DNA of 49,219 bases from Dehalococcoidia bacterium UBA2979 (GCA_002348225.1 DEAP01000012.1:1-49219), one strand, 5' to 3'; positions 26,371 through 37,706 are shown, numbered from the stretch's first letter. Notes: generated by a model from the letters alone, not told the origin. Made by a program: numbers and translations.

Positions 26371-27375
26371 TTAGGCGCTTTTGGCCTTAAGTCGCTTTTT
26401 CCTCATAGCTGTTGGCTCGATATCGAGTGCAGCATTTGGCGACTGAGCCTCATCCCGGTGCGCGAAAGCTGCAGCTGCGATCATGGCCCCGTTATCAGTA
26501 CAAAGTGATGGTGGTGGAATTCGGAGATCGATATCAATGTGATCTTGAAGTACGTCTCGTAATCGGCGGTTAGCTGCGACACCTCCTGCGACTAGCACCG
26601 ATTCTACTTTTTCTCTGCGGGCAAGGTTGGCCGTCTTTTTTGCTAAGACGTCACAGACGGATTCTTGAAACGCCCATGCGACTTCAGCGCCCTCGGGGCA
26701 GTCCTCAGATTTTACGAGGTTCAGAACAGCAGTTTTGAGTCCTGAGAAGGAGAAATCGTTTGTCCCTTTCAGCCATGCTCTGGGTAGGCGGAGCGTTTTT
26801 TCTGTTGCTTGCTCACTGAGTGCTGAGATCGGAGGCCCTCCCGGATAGGGCAGGCCGAGAAGTCTGGCAACTTTATCAAAAGCCTCTCCGGCGGCGTCAT
26901 CTCGGGTCGATCCGAGTCGGGTGAATGAGTGGTCAGACTCAATGCGTAGGAGTTCTGTGTGGCCTCCTGACACTACCAAGGCAATTGCTGGCAAGGGAGG
27001 AGGATCGATATCAATCCAGCAGGCCCGTAAGTGACCCTCTATATGATCTACTGGAATAATCGGTAAATCTTTGGCATATGCAAGGCCTCTAGCAGCGTTA
27101 AATCCAACGAGCAGGGCGCCTGGTAGTCCCGGGCCGGAAGTGGCTCCGATTGCATCAATATCATTCCAGCTCATATTCGCCACTGAGAGGGCTTCGCGGA
27201 TAACCGGTACGATAGCCCGCAAATGCTCTCTGGCTGCCACCTCAGGGACAATCCCGTCAGTGATTTCATGTAAGCTGGTCTGCGAGGCGACTATAGATGA
27301 AAGCATCTGCCTGCCGTCTACAACGACAGAAGCGGCTGTTTCATCGCAGGATGATTCGATACCTAATATATTCAT
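26371..27375 (-). CDS. tsaD: tRNA N6-adenosine threonylcarbamoyltransferase
   Basis: ILGIESSCDETAA, GIVPEVAAREH, HIEGH, VSGGHT, DDAAGEAFDKVAR, FSFSGLKT, CTDNGAMIA. Confidence 0.97.
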   Translation of the reverse strand: MNILGIESSCDETAASVVVDGRQMLSSIVASQTSLHEITDGIVPEVAAREHLRAIVPVIREALSVANMSWNDIDAIGATSGPGLPGALLVGFNAARGLAYAKDLPIIPVDHIEGHLRACWIDIDPPPLPAIALVVSGGHTELLRIESDHSFTRLGSTRDDAAGEAFDKVARLLGLPYPGGPPISALSEQATEKTLRLPRAWLKGTNDFSFSGLKTAVLNLVKSEDCPEGAEVAWAFQESVCDVLAKKTANLARREKVESVLVAGGVAANRRLRDVLQDHIDIDLRIPPPSLCTDNGAMIAAAAFAHRDEAQSPNAALDIEPTAMRKKRLKAKSA

Positions 27376-27432
27376 GCCTAAATACTATTTTGAAATTCGT
27401 ATGTTGCAAAGGAATGAACAGTAGAGTCAGAT

Positions 27433-28344
27433 ATGGAAAGACAGCGTGAAGCGGAATTTGTGGATAGGCTAGCCAGTTGGTACGCCGACAATATGGTTGA
27501 ATTTCCATGGCGGCAAAGCCAGAATCCCTACCACGCTCTAGTAGGCGCTGTGTGCACACAACAGACGCAGATGAGTCGTGCAATCGAAACATATTCCCGC
27601 TGGATTGAAGCGTTTCCGACTATCGCTGATTTGGCGGACGCCCCAGAAGAGGAAGTCCTCCGGATTTGGGGTCGGTCCGGCTATCCTCGGCGTGCGATTT
27701 ATCTAAAGCGGGCCGCTGAAGTCTGCTGCTCTGAGTACGGGGGAGTTATTCCATGTGACGAGTTAGAGTTATTGTCGCTTCCTGGAGTTGGCCCGTTCAC
27801 TGCAGGCATTGTGAGGTGTTTCGGATTTGGCATACAAACCCTCACTGTCGATACGAATGTAATCCGGATACTTGGCAGAGTGTTCCATGGTGATCTTCAA
27901 CCGGTTAAGGAAACTGCCATTGACGAAATTCGACTTATAGGTGAGACCTTACTTGGACTCTCTGAGGGTGAGCAATTTAATGCTGCGGTGATGGATTTCG
28001 GCGCAGCGGTCTGTACCTCTCAGCCACGATGTACGGAATGTATATTCAGTACTGAGCAGTTATGTTTAGCTGCTGACCGTTTTTTGTCTGGCGAGAGGGC
28101 GGCGACCGTTGGAGAGAGCAAACCTTTTTCAGGGAGCGACAGGGAGTTACGGGGGAAGGTGTTGGAGGTGTTGCGGGGTCAGAGAGACCCAGTAGCGATC
28201 GCGAAAATCACTGTTGAATTGCGAACAGATCTAGACCAAGACGAAGAGAGATTTGAGGCGATACTGGCGGGGCTTGAAAAAGATTCCCTTATTTGGCGAT
28301 CTGAACAACGGGCAGGACTTGGGACCATTGATGCAGGCCAGTAG
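27433..28344 (+). CDS. mutY: MutY-like HhH-GPD DNA glycosylase (short form, atypical active site)
   Basis: FPWR..NPY…QQTQ, GYPRRA, HhH LPGVGPFTA, VDTNV.R, MDFGA.VC…C..C…C. The residue equivalent to catalytic Glu37 is Ala39. Confidence 0.75.
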   Translation: MERQREAEFVDRLASWYADNMVEFPWRQSQNPYHALVGAVCTQQTQMSRAIETYSRWIEAFPTIADLADAPEEEVLRIWGRSGYPRRAIYLKRAAEVCCSEYGGVIPCDELELLSLPGVGPFTAGIVRCFGFGIQTLTVDTNVIRILGRVFHGDLQPVKETAIDEIRLIGETLLGLSEGEQFNAAVMDFGAAVCTSQPRCTECIFSTEQLCLAADRFLSGERAATVGESKPFSGSDRELRGKVLEVLRGQRDPVAIAKITVELRTDLDQDEERFEAILAGLEKDSLIWRSEQRAGLGTIDAGQ

Positions 28345-28380
28345 AACTAGATATGTACATCGTCTGAAATCCTTTATTAT

Positions 28381-29487
28381 GTGGTCTCCAATGGTTTTCT
28401 TGGCGAGACGGGAGATTCTGTGAAACGCGAGACTTGGCGGCTGCGACTAGCTGCGCATAGATATGGTAGGAAACTCAAGAGATCGGTTAGCCGAGGAACT
28501 TCCTCGGATAATTCGTCGGCGTCTGCAGATCAGGAACCTGTGGCAACAACTACCGAGAAGGTCATCAATGACAATCTTGTGCAGCACGTCGTTGCTGTGA
28601 AAATGTTCAGTAGAACGTTCCCGACGTCGAACGTCTGGGTGCTGCATGACGGTAATGAGGCGGCACTTATTGACTCCGGTTATGGAGATAAGCCTTCGAT
28701 CGATGCTCGCAGAGAATATTTTCGAAAGGATTGGTCTGGCCATAATTTCAAGAGGATTGCAATGACTCACCATCATTTCGATCATTCCAGCGGTGGACGG
28801 CAGCTGCGCGACATTTTGAAAGCGGATACAGCGATTCATCCGATTGACGATGCGTTATTGCATACGCCGCTTGGCCCGGAAGAAGGAAATGAAGATCTAC
28901 CTGACGATAAAGTTATTACGGACCGAGCCGACGTCTGGAAGAAAGAGGCATTTGAGACCCCGATAGACGTGATGATGGAGGATGGAGATACCTTCAAAGT
29001 TGGTGGACTCACGGTTCGGGCAGTACACACTCCTGGGCATACTGCAGGGCATAACTGCTATCTCGTAGAAGAGACGATGCAGCTATTCACAGGGGACAAC
29101 ATTCTTGGTGTAGGGACCAGTGCAATCGGGCCACCGCCATCAGGGAACATGGGCGATTACATCGAATCACTCAAGCGAATGCGCGAGCTAGAGGCAAAAT
29201 TATTTGCACCCGGTCATGGCCCGACGGTGACGGCCACTGCGGCGAAAGTTCAGGAGCTTCTTGATCATAGAGAAGTGCGTGATCGTCAGATTATTGACAT
29301 CATTGATAAAGGATATGACACCGATCAGCAGATTCGCCGGGCGCTATATCCTGAAATCCAAAAAGGTCTGCGGAGAGCTGCGCACGGCCAGGTGCGTTCC
29401 CATATAGCCAAGATGGTTGGTCAGGGAATCATGCAAGTAGACGAAATAGACGACGGAAAGACATGGAAAGTGAGCCTCACGAAGTAA
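28381..29487 (+). CDS. Metallo-beta-lactamase-fold hydrolase (LACTB2-like, C-terminal winged helix)
   Basis: LIDSG, THHHFDHSSG, HTPGHTAGH, LFTGDNILG, PGHGP. Start uncertain. Confidence 0.87.
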   Translation: MVSNGFLGETGDSVKRETWRLRLAAHRYGRKLKRSVSRGTSSDNSSASADQEPVATTTEKVINDNLVQHVVAVKMFSRTFPTSNVWVLHDGNEAALIDSGYGDKPSIDARREYFRKDWSGHNFKRIAMTHHHFDHSSGGRQLRDILKADTAIHPIDDALLHTPLGPEEGNEDLPDDKVITDRADVWKKEAFETPIDVMMEDGDTFKVGGLTVRAVHTPGHTAGHNCYLVEETMQLFTGDNILGVGTSAIGPPPSGNMGDYIESLKRMRELEAKLFAPGHGPTVTATAAKVQELLDHREVRDRQIIDIIDKGYDTDQQIRRALYPEIQKGLRRAAHGQVRSHIAKMVGQGIMQVDEIDDGKTWKVSLTK

Positions 29488-29512
29488 AGTTCTAGTGTTG
29501 GGCACTCATGAT

Positions 29513-30181
29513 TTAGTAATTAGACACGTCCATATTACGAGGATACACGCCAGTGGCTGAGTAAACGGCTCGCTCGGCGATGTTGGTGGCTCTGTCAGCG
29601 ATTCTCTCAATGTTATGAGACACCCATTGCAGGTGGGTAGCTGGCAAAATCGTTGTGGGGTCATCAACCATAATGCCTATCAACTCCTCGTAGACCCGAT
29701 CATAGAGGTCGTCCACTTCATCATCAGCGGCGTTTACTGCATATGCTTTTTCTGGGTCTGCATCAACGAAAGCCTCCACCGCGTCGCGCATCATGTCCCG
29801 GGCTTTGGTTGCCATAATTGGAAGATCAATGAGTGGCTTAACAAGAGGCTCGTCTTGCATGATAACAGTAAGTCTGGCGATGCCCTCAGCATGGTCGCCC
29901 ATTCGTTCAAGATCAATCATTACTGACGAGACAGACACTATCACTCGCAGATCCTTTGCAAGAGGGGCTTCAAGAGCAAGTAACTTAAGAACTTCGTCTT
30001 GTACCTCGTAATTCAGTTCATCTATGACCGCGTCACCTTCTATGACCGTTTGAGCTAGTTCCGCGTCTCTTTCCACAAGGCTTTGCATGCCTTTATCCAG
30101 CGCCCTGTCGACGAGCGAACTCATTACCAAAACCTTGTTTAGTAGCTCCGAAAGTTGCTTGTGGAATTCATCACGGGCCAT
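29513..30181 (-). CDS. phoU: Phosphate signalling complex protein
   Basis: PLAKDLR, DLERMGDHA, DDEVDDLY, IERIADRATNIAER. Confidence 0.96.
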   Translation of the reverse strand: MARDEFHKQLSELLNKVLVMSSLVDRALDKGMQSLVERDAELAQTVIEGDAVIDELNYEVQDEVLKLLALEAPLAKDLRVIVSVSSVMIDLERMGDHAEGIARLTVIMQDEPLVKPLIDLPIMATKARDMMRDAVEAFVDADPEKAYAVNAADDEVDDLYDRVYEELIGIMVDDPTTILPATHLQWVSHNIERIADRATNIAERAVYSATGVYPRNMDVSNY

Positions 30182-30289
30182 ACGTTATAAACCTCACGGA
30201 CTGGCAGCATATTGAATTTATAGCGTTTAGTGCAAGTCCTCCATCCTTACTAATAAATGTACTACAGTGAATTTGAATGATTTTTTAAG

Positions 30290-30330
30290 ATTAGATCTCA
30301 GTCAGGTGTTCGTAAAATACTAAGTAAAGG
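30290..30330. promoter_or_regulatory. Possible Pho-box-like direct repeats between divergent phoU and pstS
   Basis: Degenerate heptamers attagat, gtcaggt, gtaaaat and gtaaagg at 30290, 30301, 30312 and 30324 (11, 11, 12 bp spacing). Confidence 0.25.
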
Positions 30331-30339
30331 GGAGTAAAT

Positions 30340-31305
30340 TTGAACCGGGTCAAATCGCGAATTTTGTTAACAATTAGCCTATCAGTAGCCCTTGGATTGA
30401 TCGTTGCTTGTGGGAATGGCAGCTCCGGAATAGCCGGAGGCTCTAGTGGTGAAAATGCAAACAAACTTTCCGGGAGTATAGTGATCGATGGTTCCTCGAC
30501 GGTATATCCGGTCACTGAGGCAGTGGCGGAAGAATTCCAACGGGCGCACCCAGATACGAGAGTGACCGTGGGGGTTTCAGGGACAGGGGGCGGATTCACG
30601 AAGTTCTGTACAGGCGAGATAGACATTTCTGGAGCGTCACGTCCTATAAGGGATAAAGAGCGAGATATGTGCTCCGGAAATGAAATCGAATTCATCGAAC
30701 TCCGGGTTGGTCTTGACGGCCTAGCTGTTGTGAAAAATAAAGCTAATAACTATCTGGACGACCTGACGATGGAGCAACTCAGCCTGACGTGGGGCCCTGT
30801 ATCGGAAGGCACTATCGTCAAGTGGAACCAGATAGATCCGTCTTTCCCAGCTGAGGATATTGACCTCTACGGGCCAGGAACGGACTCGGGAACATTTGAC
30901 TTTTTCACCGAGCATGTTAATGGCGAAGCCGGAGCATCGCGTGGCGATTACACGCCCTCAGAAGATGACAATGTTTTGGTCACCGGAGTTGCGGGGAACT
31001 TACATTCGATGGGCTACTTTGGCTTCGCGTACTACGTTGAAAATATGGATGTGCTGAGTGTGGTGAAGATCAATGGTGTGGCACCGAGTGGAGAAACGGT
31101 TAGTGACGGAAGCTATCCCCTAGCACGTCCTTTGTATTTATATGTCAGTATCAAGTCTCTGCAGGAGCGAAATCAGGTTCGTGCATTCATGGACTACTAT
31201 TTGTCCGACGAGGGCATAGCCATGGTTACAGAGGTTGGTTACTCAAATATCCCTCCCACCGAACTCGCAGACATGAGAGCAAGCTTGGCGACGGTAGGGA
31301 ATTGA
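30340..31305 (+). CDS. pstS: Phosphate ABC transporter substrate-binding lipoprotein
   Basis: Lipobox [43 protein letters not shown]. Confidence 0.95.
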   Translation: MNRVKSRILLTISLSVALGLIVACGNGSSGIAGGSSGENANKLSGSIVIDGSSTVYPVTEAVAEEFQRAHPDTRVTVGVSGTGGGFTKFCTGEIDISGASRPIRDKERDMCSGNEIEFIELRVGLDGLAVVKNKANNYLDDLTMEQLSLTWGPVSEGTIVKWNQIDPSFPAEDIDLYGPGTDSGTFDFFTEHVNGEAGASRGDYTPSEDDNVLVTGVAGNLHSMGYFGFAYYVENMDVLSVVKINGVAPSGETVSDGSYPLARPLYLYVSIKSLQERNQVRAFMDYYLSDEGIAMVTEVGYSNIPPTELADMRASLATVGN

Positions 31306-31444
31306 TGGTGAGTGCTGGCATTTTTGTCATAGCAGGCTTGAAGTCGATTAAGGTGGTGGTAGAAGGGGCGATTCAGTAAGATTTTACGGGAAGATTTTCT
31401 TTCAAACATAGCCGACCTTCCTGAAAACCAAATATAGTAAGTAG

Positions 31445-31469
31445 GGATAAATCGTTGGAAAATTTATCT
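31445..31469 (+). terminator. Hairpin in the pstS-pstC spacer (possible partial terminator or mRNA stabiliser)
   Basis: GGATAAAT-cgttggaaa-ATTTATCT followed by a pyrimidine-rich tract. Confidence 0.3.
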
Positions 31470-31554
31470 ATCGCTTTCTTGTTTATTTATCAGCAGTCAG
31501 ATGGGTGAGGTTCGGATTCCACCCCGTAAGTTCAGCGAGTCTACTTAGCGAGGG

Positions 31555-32487
31555 ATGATGTCGTTCGAGACCACGCGTGTTACAGCAAGATATAGACAAA
31601 ACCTCCGAAGTAACCTAGGCGGTCGCCTTATCGGCGCCGTATTGTTTCTGTGTGCTTTTGTCACGGTAGTGACTACAGTTGGGATAGTAGTAATCTTGTT
31701 TATCGAGGGGCTCTCTTTCTTTGCTGAAGTAAGTCCTATAGAGTTTTTCACAGGTACAAAATGGACGCCGTTGTTCACATCTAAAGGGTTTGGAGTTCTT
31801 CCTTTAATCAGCGGTACTGTACTGATTGGGCTGGGCGCTGCCTGTGTTGCGCTGCCATTGGGGACCCTTACGGCAATCTACCTATCAGAGTATGCGACGC
31901 CGAGGATACGCTCGGTGATGAAACCATTGGTGGAAGTACTGTCAGGGATTCCAACGGTAGTGTATGGATATTTTGCTTTGACTTTTATTTCTCCATTTAT
32001 CAAAGAATACTTGTACCCGGAGGCTGGTCCGTATATGGCTATTTCCGCAATTGTGGTGGTGGGGATCATGATTGTCCCCATTGTGGCGTCAATTTCAGAT
32101 GACGCGCTCAGAGCTGTTCCGCGCGAGCTACGCGAGGCCGCCTATGGGGTGGGAGCCAGCAAGCTAGAGGTCAATACGAGAGTCGTATTTCCTGCGGCTT
32201 TATCAGGTGTTATTGCGTCGTATATTTTGGCTATTTCTCGAGCTATTGGTGAAACGATGGCGGTGACGGTAGCGGCTGGTGCGCGGCCGAATCTCACGGC
32301 TAATCCCTTCGAGGCCGTTCAGACGATGACGGCTTATATCGTGAGTGTGTCGTTAGGTGACACACCACATGGAACAATCGAATTTAAAACGATTTTTGCG
32401 GTTGGTCTTACTTTGTTTTTCATGACGCTTGTCATGAATATCATTTCGAGTCGGATAACTAAAAGGTTCAGGGAGGTATACGATTGA
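31555..32487 (+). CDS. pstC: Phosphate ABC transporter permease
   Basis: [36 protein letters not shown]. Confidence 0.95.
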   Translation: MMSFETTRVTARYRQNLRSNLGGRLIGAVLFLCAFVTVVTTVGIVVILFIEGLSFFAEVSPIEFFTGTKWTPLFTSKGFGVLPLISGTVLIGLGAACVALPLGTLTAIYLSEYATPRIRSVMKPLVEVLSGIPTVVYGYFALTFISPFIKEYLYPEAGPYMAISAIVVVGIMIVPIVASISDDALRAVPRELREAAYGVGASKLEVNTRVVFPAALSGVIASYILAISRAIGETMAVTVAAGARPNLTANPFEAVQTMTAYIVSVSLGDTPHGTIEFKTIFAVGLTLFFMTLVMNIISSRITKRFREVYD

Positions 32488-33437
32488 GATCAGCAAATGA
32501 CCCTCCAACCAGCCAATCCAGATTAGTTTTGTCCGAGTATCAGACGAACAACGTTCTCAGGCATCTCAAGGGGAGGCTGTTTTATTTACTATGTCTCTTG
32601 GGGTCTCTAGTGGGGATTTTGTTATTGGTCACCTTGCTAAATGATATCCGCCAGGACGGTTTTCACTATATGTCTAAACATTTTTTTACTAATTTTCCTT
32701 CACGTAAACCTGAGATAGCTGGTTTCCACGGGGCAATTATGGGAACCCTTTGGGTAATGGGGATTGTTGCGATCACTTCCTTTCCAATAGGGGTGGGTGC
32801 CGCTCTTTATCTCGAAGAATATGCAATAAAGAATAAACTGACGAGCCTTATTCAAACGAACATTTCGAATCTAGCCGGAGTTCCGTCGATTGTGTTCGGA
32901 ATCTTAGGGCTCCAATTATTTGTTCGAGGTACGATTGGGTACGGGCCGGCCATATGTATTGGCGAACAATGTGGGTTTGGAAGATCTGTTATTTCTGGGG
33001 CGCTAACTTTGACCTTACTTATTTTGCCGATTGTAATTGTCGCCTCGCAGGAGGCGATCAAGGCGGTACCACCTTCCATACGTGAGGCGTCATATGGTGT
33101 TGGTGCGACAAGGTGGCAAACAGTTTCCAGTCACGTATTACCGCAGGCGATGCCTGGGATTATGACAGGTATGATTCTTGCCCTATCACGTGCAATAGGT
33201 GAGACGGCTCCAATAATTATGATCGGAGCCTTGACTTTTGTTGCCTTTAGACCAGAGGGGCCGCTCGACCCATTTACCGCGATGCCGATCCAAGTTCTCA
33301 ACTGGATATCACGACCGCAGGCAGCTTTCCATGAGCTTGCAGCTACTGGGATAGTGGTTCTTCTGATTACGCTACTCACGATGAACGCAATAGCTGTACT
33401 GATCCGAATTCGGCTTGGCCAAAGTGGAGCAAGATAA
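32484..33437 (+). CDS. pstA: Phosphate ABC transporter permease
   Basis: [45 protein letters not shown]. Confidence 0.95.
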   Translation: MRSANDPPTSQSRLVLSEYQTNNVLRHLKGRLFYLLCLLGSLVGILLLVTLLNDIRQDGFHYMSKHFFTNFPSRKPEIAGFHGAIMGTLWVMGIVAITSFPIGVGAALYLEEYAIKNKLTSLIQTNISNLAGVPSIVFGILGLQLFVRGTIGYGPAICIGEQCGFGRSVISGALTLTLLILPIVIVASQEAIKAVPPSIREASYGVGATRWQTVSSHVLPQAMPGIMTGMILALSRAIGETAPIIMIGALTFVAFRPEGPLDPFTAMPIQVLNWISRPQAAFHELAATGIVVLLITLLTMNAIAVLIRIRLGQSGAR

Positions 33438-33513
33438 ACGGGAGCTATGAGCAGAGGGATTTCTTTTGTTAGGATTACGGTTAGCGATGGTTGATGCGGT
33501 AGGCGAAGGAATA

Positions 33514-34362
33514 ATGGATAAAGAAGAGAATCGTAGCCTTGAGGTTCCAGAAGTCGCTATTTCAACAAATGGGGCAGAAGAACTGGAAGATCGCACAGAA
33601 ACAGTGGCGATTAATATTGATGCGTTAAGTCTCTGGTATACCGGTGTGCAGGCAATAGAGAATGTTTCTTTACAGATTCCGGAGAACCAAGTTACTGCAC
33701 TTATAGGTCCATCGGGCTGTGGGAAGAGTACGCTTCTTCGCTGCATAAACAGGATGAATGACTTAATTCCCGGAGTCACTCTGGATGGCCATATTAAAAT
33801 ACATGGTGAGAGTATCTACGAAAAGGATGTGGATCCTGTAGCAGTTAGACGTAACGTAGGAATGGTATTTCAGAAACCCAACCCGTTCCCAAAGAGTATT
33901 TACGAAAACGTGGCGTTTGGTGCTCGCATCAATGGCTATAAAGGGAATATGGACGAGTTGGTACGAGCCTCATTGGAGCAAGCTGCACTTTGGGATGAGG
34001 TGAGTGACAAACTTAGCGAGAGCGGACTCACATTGTCCGGTGGGCAGCAACAACGATTATGTATTGCGAGAGCGATTGCAGTAAAGCCTGAAGTAATTTT
34101 GATGGATGAACCGTGTTCCGCCCTTGATCCGATAGCCACTCAGAGAATTGAAGATTTAATAAGAGAATTAAGAAGCACCTACACAATCGTTATAGTCACT
34201 CACAATATGCAGCAAGCGGCGCGAGTATCAGATAAGACAGCTTTTATGCTTGCCGGCGAGGAACGCGTTGGGAGACTCGTAGAATTTAGTCCTACTCAAG
34301 AGCTCTTCACAAATCCTTCCGACAGTCGTACCGAGGATTACATTACAGGGAGATTTGGATAG
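33514..34362 (+). CDS. pstB: Phosphate ABC transporter ATP-binding protein
   Basis: [47 protein letters not shown]. Start placed at ATG 33514 after AAGGA. Confidence 0.97.
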   Translation: MDKEENRSLEVPEVAISTNGAEELEDRTETVAINIDALSLWYTGVQAIENVSLQIPENQVTALIGPSGCGKSTLLRCINRMNDLIPGVTLDGHIKIHGESIYEKDVDPVAVRRNVGMVFQKPNPFPKSIYENVAFGARINGYKGNMDELVRASLEQAALWDEVSDKLSESGLTLSGGQQQRLCIARAIAVKPEVILMDEPCSALDPIATQRIEDLIRELRSTYTIVIVTHNMQQAARVSDKTAFMLAGEERVGRLVEFSPTQELFTNPSDSRTEDYITGRFG

Positions 34363-34441
34363 TTTGGCGCATAGGCAAATTTTGGATATTAATCTATTTG
34401 GAAAAGGTGCGAGGCTGGCGATAGCAGCCGCTGCCGGATGT

Positions 34442-35767
34442 TCAAAGAATACCGAGGTGTCTGGCTTTTTTTGTTAAATCAGGTCTTTGATCAGGATGAG
34501 CAATTGATATCAATTCCCGAGCCCGTTGACGTTCAGATTTCCCTTGCAGGGAGGCAATACCGTATTCGCTTACAACGTAATCTGCCAAGTACCGAGGAAC
34601 ACCTACTCTTGCTCCCGGTGGCAGATCGGCAACAAATTTAGAGTTTTCCCCATCCATACTTTGCATGACATGCACGGATTTTCCACCTGGCGCGTAGAGA
34701 GAACCGGCCACGAATTCAAATTGTCCCCCAGGTCCAGTGATCTGTTCTCGTCCGACCGAGTCAAACACGATCTGTCCAGTGAGATCGATCATTGTTGCGG
34801 TGTTTATGGCTGTCATTTGTTTTTGTGACGAAATGACAGACGGATTATGTATGTAGTCAACTCCGTAGACTTCCCAATCGTTGATATGTTCAGCAACTAT
34901 TTGTAAATCTTCTGGTTGGGCCGGCAGTAGAGTGACACAGACTTTCCCAACGTCTCTGCTCTTGTTTGAGCCGTTAATCACTCCTGCTTCGTACAGCTGG
35001 GCAATGCCAGGACTCGTAAGTTCAGAATGATATCCGAGATCTTTTTTCGAGAAGAGGTGAGGGGTTACTGCGTTTGAGGCGACACCTACACCGATTTCTA
35101 AGGTGTCTCCGTCGTTGACGAGTGATGCAGCTAGCGCACCCGCCACATCTACTGCGTTGAAGTCGAGTGGTGGTTTTTCTCTTCTGGCAGGGGCTCTTGG
35201 TACTTCGCCGTCAGGAATTATTACGAAATAATCAATCGCATCGGCGTCGATAAAATTATCACCCGGTGTCCGGAGCATCTCTTCTTGTACCTCTGCGACT
35301 ACGATCCCACATTTTTGGAGATTGATTTTGTTGTCCCATAGCCCTATTCCAAAGCCACACGTGCCTGCAGCGTCCGGAGTTGTCATATGAAAGAAGCCGA
35401 TATCCGGTGTAGGGATATCTCGTGAATATCGGAAGTGATCGGTGTAAACAGTGCCGGGTGTGTAGTGGAGATGCTCGCGCTTCCAGACGTGCCGGGTGCC
35501 GGGTGTTAAGTAACCGGTTCTGTATTCGATATGTCTATCTTGTTCATTGTCGAGAGAGACATGATCCCAGTCTTCCATATCCCTCATTAAATCACCGTAG
35601 ACTACAACGTTTTGTAGGCTGTCACTTCGGCCATGCACAAATCTTGAGAGAAACCACGGGTCGGATGGCAAGGCCCCGAAATGAACAATCGAATTATCTT
35701 GTATGAGTGCTGCAGCATCCTCCGGCGAAATAATTTTCCCCTGATATCGTTCTTTCCAGTTCGTCAT
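34442..35767 (-). CDS. Acetyl-CoA hydrolase/transferase family protein (4-hydroxybutyrate CoA-transferase-like)
   Basis: DGDTLEIGVG, DLGYHSEL (catalytic Glu), IDLTGQ, GPGGQFEF, VVSEYGIA.L.GK…RARELISIAHPD.R. Start ATG 35767 or GTG 35788. Confidence 0.88.
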   Translation of the reverse strand: MTNWKERYQGKIISPEDAAALIQDNSIVHFGALPSDPWFLSRFVHGRSDSLQNVVVYGDLMRDMEDWDHVSLDNEQDRHIEYRTGYLTPGTRHVWKREHLHYTPGTVYTDHFRYSRDIPTPDIGFFHMTTPDAAGTCGFGIGLWDNKINLQKCGIVVAEVQEEMLRTPGDNFIDADAIDYFVIIPDGEVPRAPARREKPPLDFNAVDVAGALAASLVNDGDTLEIGVGVASNAVTPHLFSKKDLGYHSELTSPGIAQLYEAGVINGSNKSRDVGKVCVTLLPAQPEDLQIVAEHINDWEVYGVDYIHNPSVISSQKQMTAINTATMIDLTGQIVFDSVGREQITGPGGQFEFVAGSLYAPGGKSVHVMQSMDGENSKFVADLPPGARVGVPRYLADYVVSEYGIASLQGKSERQRARELISIAHPDQRPDLTKKARHLGIL

Positions 35768-35882
35768 GTTGATGCCAATCGTCCGCACGTTGGCATTAGA
35801 ATACTAGATGGAGAGGCGCCGAGGATTGCTTTTTCGAGTTCTTTTCCGCGAGTAACCTACCGTTAAATTACTGGACCAAACT

Positions 35883-37616
35883 ATGCAGATGTCTAATTTG
35901 TTAGGAAAAACTCTCCGAGAGCCTCCAAGTGAGGCGGACTCAGGATCTTTGGCCCTACTGCTCCGGGCGGGATATATCTCTCAGTTGATGGCTGGCGCCT
36001 ATACGTTTATGCCGTTGGGTAACCGGGTGCGGCTCAATATTGAAAATGTTGTACGGAAGCACATGAATTTGTCAGGTGCGCAGGAAATACTGATGCCTGC
36101 GCTCCAGCCGATAGAGATCTGGGAGCAATCGGGTCGAGCAGCCAAGATGAAGGATGTGCTATTCCGATTATCAGATCGTAGGGGGCGCTCGCTCGCCCTC
36201 GGGCCGACCCATGAAGAGGTGGTTACTCAACTCGCCGGTAAATTTATTTCTTCACACCGGGATCTTCCCCTTACGACATATCAAATTCAGACAAAATTTC
36301 GGGATGAAGCTAGGCCAAGAGGTGGATTAGTCCGAGTGCGTGAGTTCACTATGAAAGACGCTTATTCATTTGACCTGGATGAGGATGGGCTGAGTGATTC
36401 CTACGACAAGATGTTTCAGGCATACAAGAACATTTTCTCTGAGTGTGGGGTGCCTGTGGTTCCAGTTGACGCCGATTCAGGTGCGATAGGCGGAAAAGGA
36501 TCCCAGGAGTTTATTTTCATAACCGAGATGGGCGAAGACACTGTGGTGCAGTGTTCGGGATGTGAATATGCCGCCAACTTAGAGAAGGCAACCTTCCTTC
36601 AGGAGAGTTCTGCAGAAGCTCAAAAGTCCTTGGAGGAGGTCGAGACACCGAATGTCGCGACCATCGAGGATCTCAGTGAGTTTCTCTCCATTGCAAATTC
36701 GAGCACTGCGAAAGCCGTTTTGTTCATGGCCACTAAATTTGAGTCAGATGAAGAGTTTCCAGTATTAGCAGTGATACGTGGAGATTTTGAAGTAAATGAT
36801 GTGAAGCTCTCTAATGCGCTAGGGGGCGCTGAAGTACGACCGATGGAGGCCTCGGAGGCCGCAAATGTTGGATTGGTGCCTGGATATATTTCGCCAGTCA
36901 ATCTTGCAAGTGAGGTGACAGTAGTTGCCGATAGGTCGGTGATTTCTGCACCTAATTTGGCTGGAGGTGCGAATCGTGAAGGTTGGCATTACCTCAACAC
37001 CAATTATGGTCGAGATTGGGAAGCCGATATTGTGACTGACCTGGCTGAAGCTCAGGAAGGGCTTACATGTGAGCAGTGCGACGGAGGCATATTGAGCCTC
37101 GCACGTGGGATCGAGATGGGTCACGTGTTCAGGCTTGGACAGATCTATGCGGAAGCCTTTGGAGTTTCGATACAGGATTCTGATGGGGCCGCGGTAACAC
37201 CGACTATGGGTTGTTATGGGATTGGAATCGGGCGGATATTTGCAGCAGCTGCAGAGGTATTTCATGATGACAATGGTTTGAATTGGCCAATAGCTATAGC
37301 TCCCTATCAGGTTCACTTGGTTGCCATCGGTATTGATAAAGATGACGCCGTTCGGGACGAGGCCTATGGGCTATATGCAGAACTCATTGAGAGTGGCATT
37401 GACGTCCTGTTTGATGATCGTGCACTCCGGCCCGGAGTAATGTTTAACGACGCGGATCTGATGGGTATGCCGATTAGAGTTACGGTGTCGCCGCGTAACC
37501 ATGAGAATGAGATAATCGAAATTACTGGCAGGGCAGATGGCGAATCGCTGACAGCTCCTCGTGCAGAGGGAGTAGACAGCATTAAGGCCGAAATTCACAA
37601 ACTACGGCAGGGTTGA
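35883..37616 (+). CDS. proS: Proline--tRNA ligase (bacterial type with editing domain)
   Basis: LGPTHEE, YQIQTKFRDEARPRGGL.RVREF.MKDAYSF, GIEMGHVF, MGCYGIG. Confidence 0.97.
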   Translation: MQMSNLLGKTLREPPSEADSGSLALLLRAGYISQLMAGAYTFMPLGNRVRLNIENVVRKHMNLSGAQEILMPALQPIEIWEQSGRAAKMKDVLFRLSDRRGRSLALGPTHEEVVTQLAGKFISSHRDLPLTTYQIQTKFRDEARPRGGLVRVREFTMKDAYSFDLDEDGLSDSYDKMFQAYKNIFSECGVPVVPVDADSGAIGGKGSQEFIFITEMGEDTVVQCSGCEYAANLEKATFLQESSAEAQKSLEEVETPNVATIEDLSEFLSIANSSTAKAVLFMATKFESDEEFPVLAVIRGDFEVNDVKLSNALGGAEVRPMEASEAANVGLVPGYISPVNLASEVTVVADRSVISAPNLAGGANREGWHYLNTNYGRDWEADIVTDLAEAQEGLTCEQCDGGILSLARGIEMGHVFRLGQIYAEAFGVSIQDSDGAAVTPTMGCYGIGIGRIFAAAAEVFHDDNGLNWPIAIAPYQVHLVAIGIDKDDAVRDEAYGLYAELIESGIDVLFDDRALRPGVMFNDADLMGMPIRVTVSPRNHENEIIEITGRADGESLTAPRAEGVDSIKAEIHKLRQG

Positions 37617-37655
37617 ACTAATAATATTTTGCGTCCCACTAATCTGGGGTATCGG

Positions 37656-37664
37656 TGGTAGAAT
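37656..37664 (+). promoter_or_regulatory. Extended -10 promoter element for the nusA operon
   Basis: TGgTAGAAT about 85 nt upstream of nusA. Confidence 0.4.
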
Positions 37665-37706
37665 TATTAGACCAAATAGAGCTAGTGACTCGGTTAACAA
37701 TCGCGT

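Noticed and set aside
31503-31525. tRNA-like GGTTCG…TCC segment
   Set aside because: The T-loop geometry is wrong and no D or anticodon arm can be built; it is a simple hairpin.
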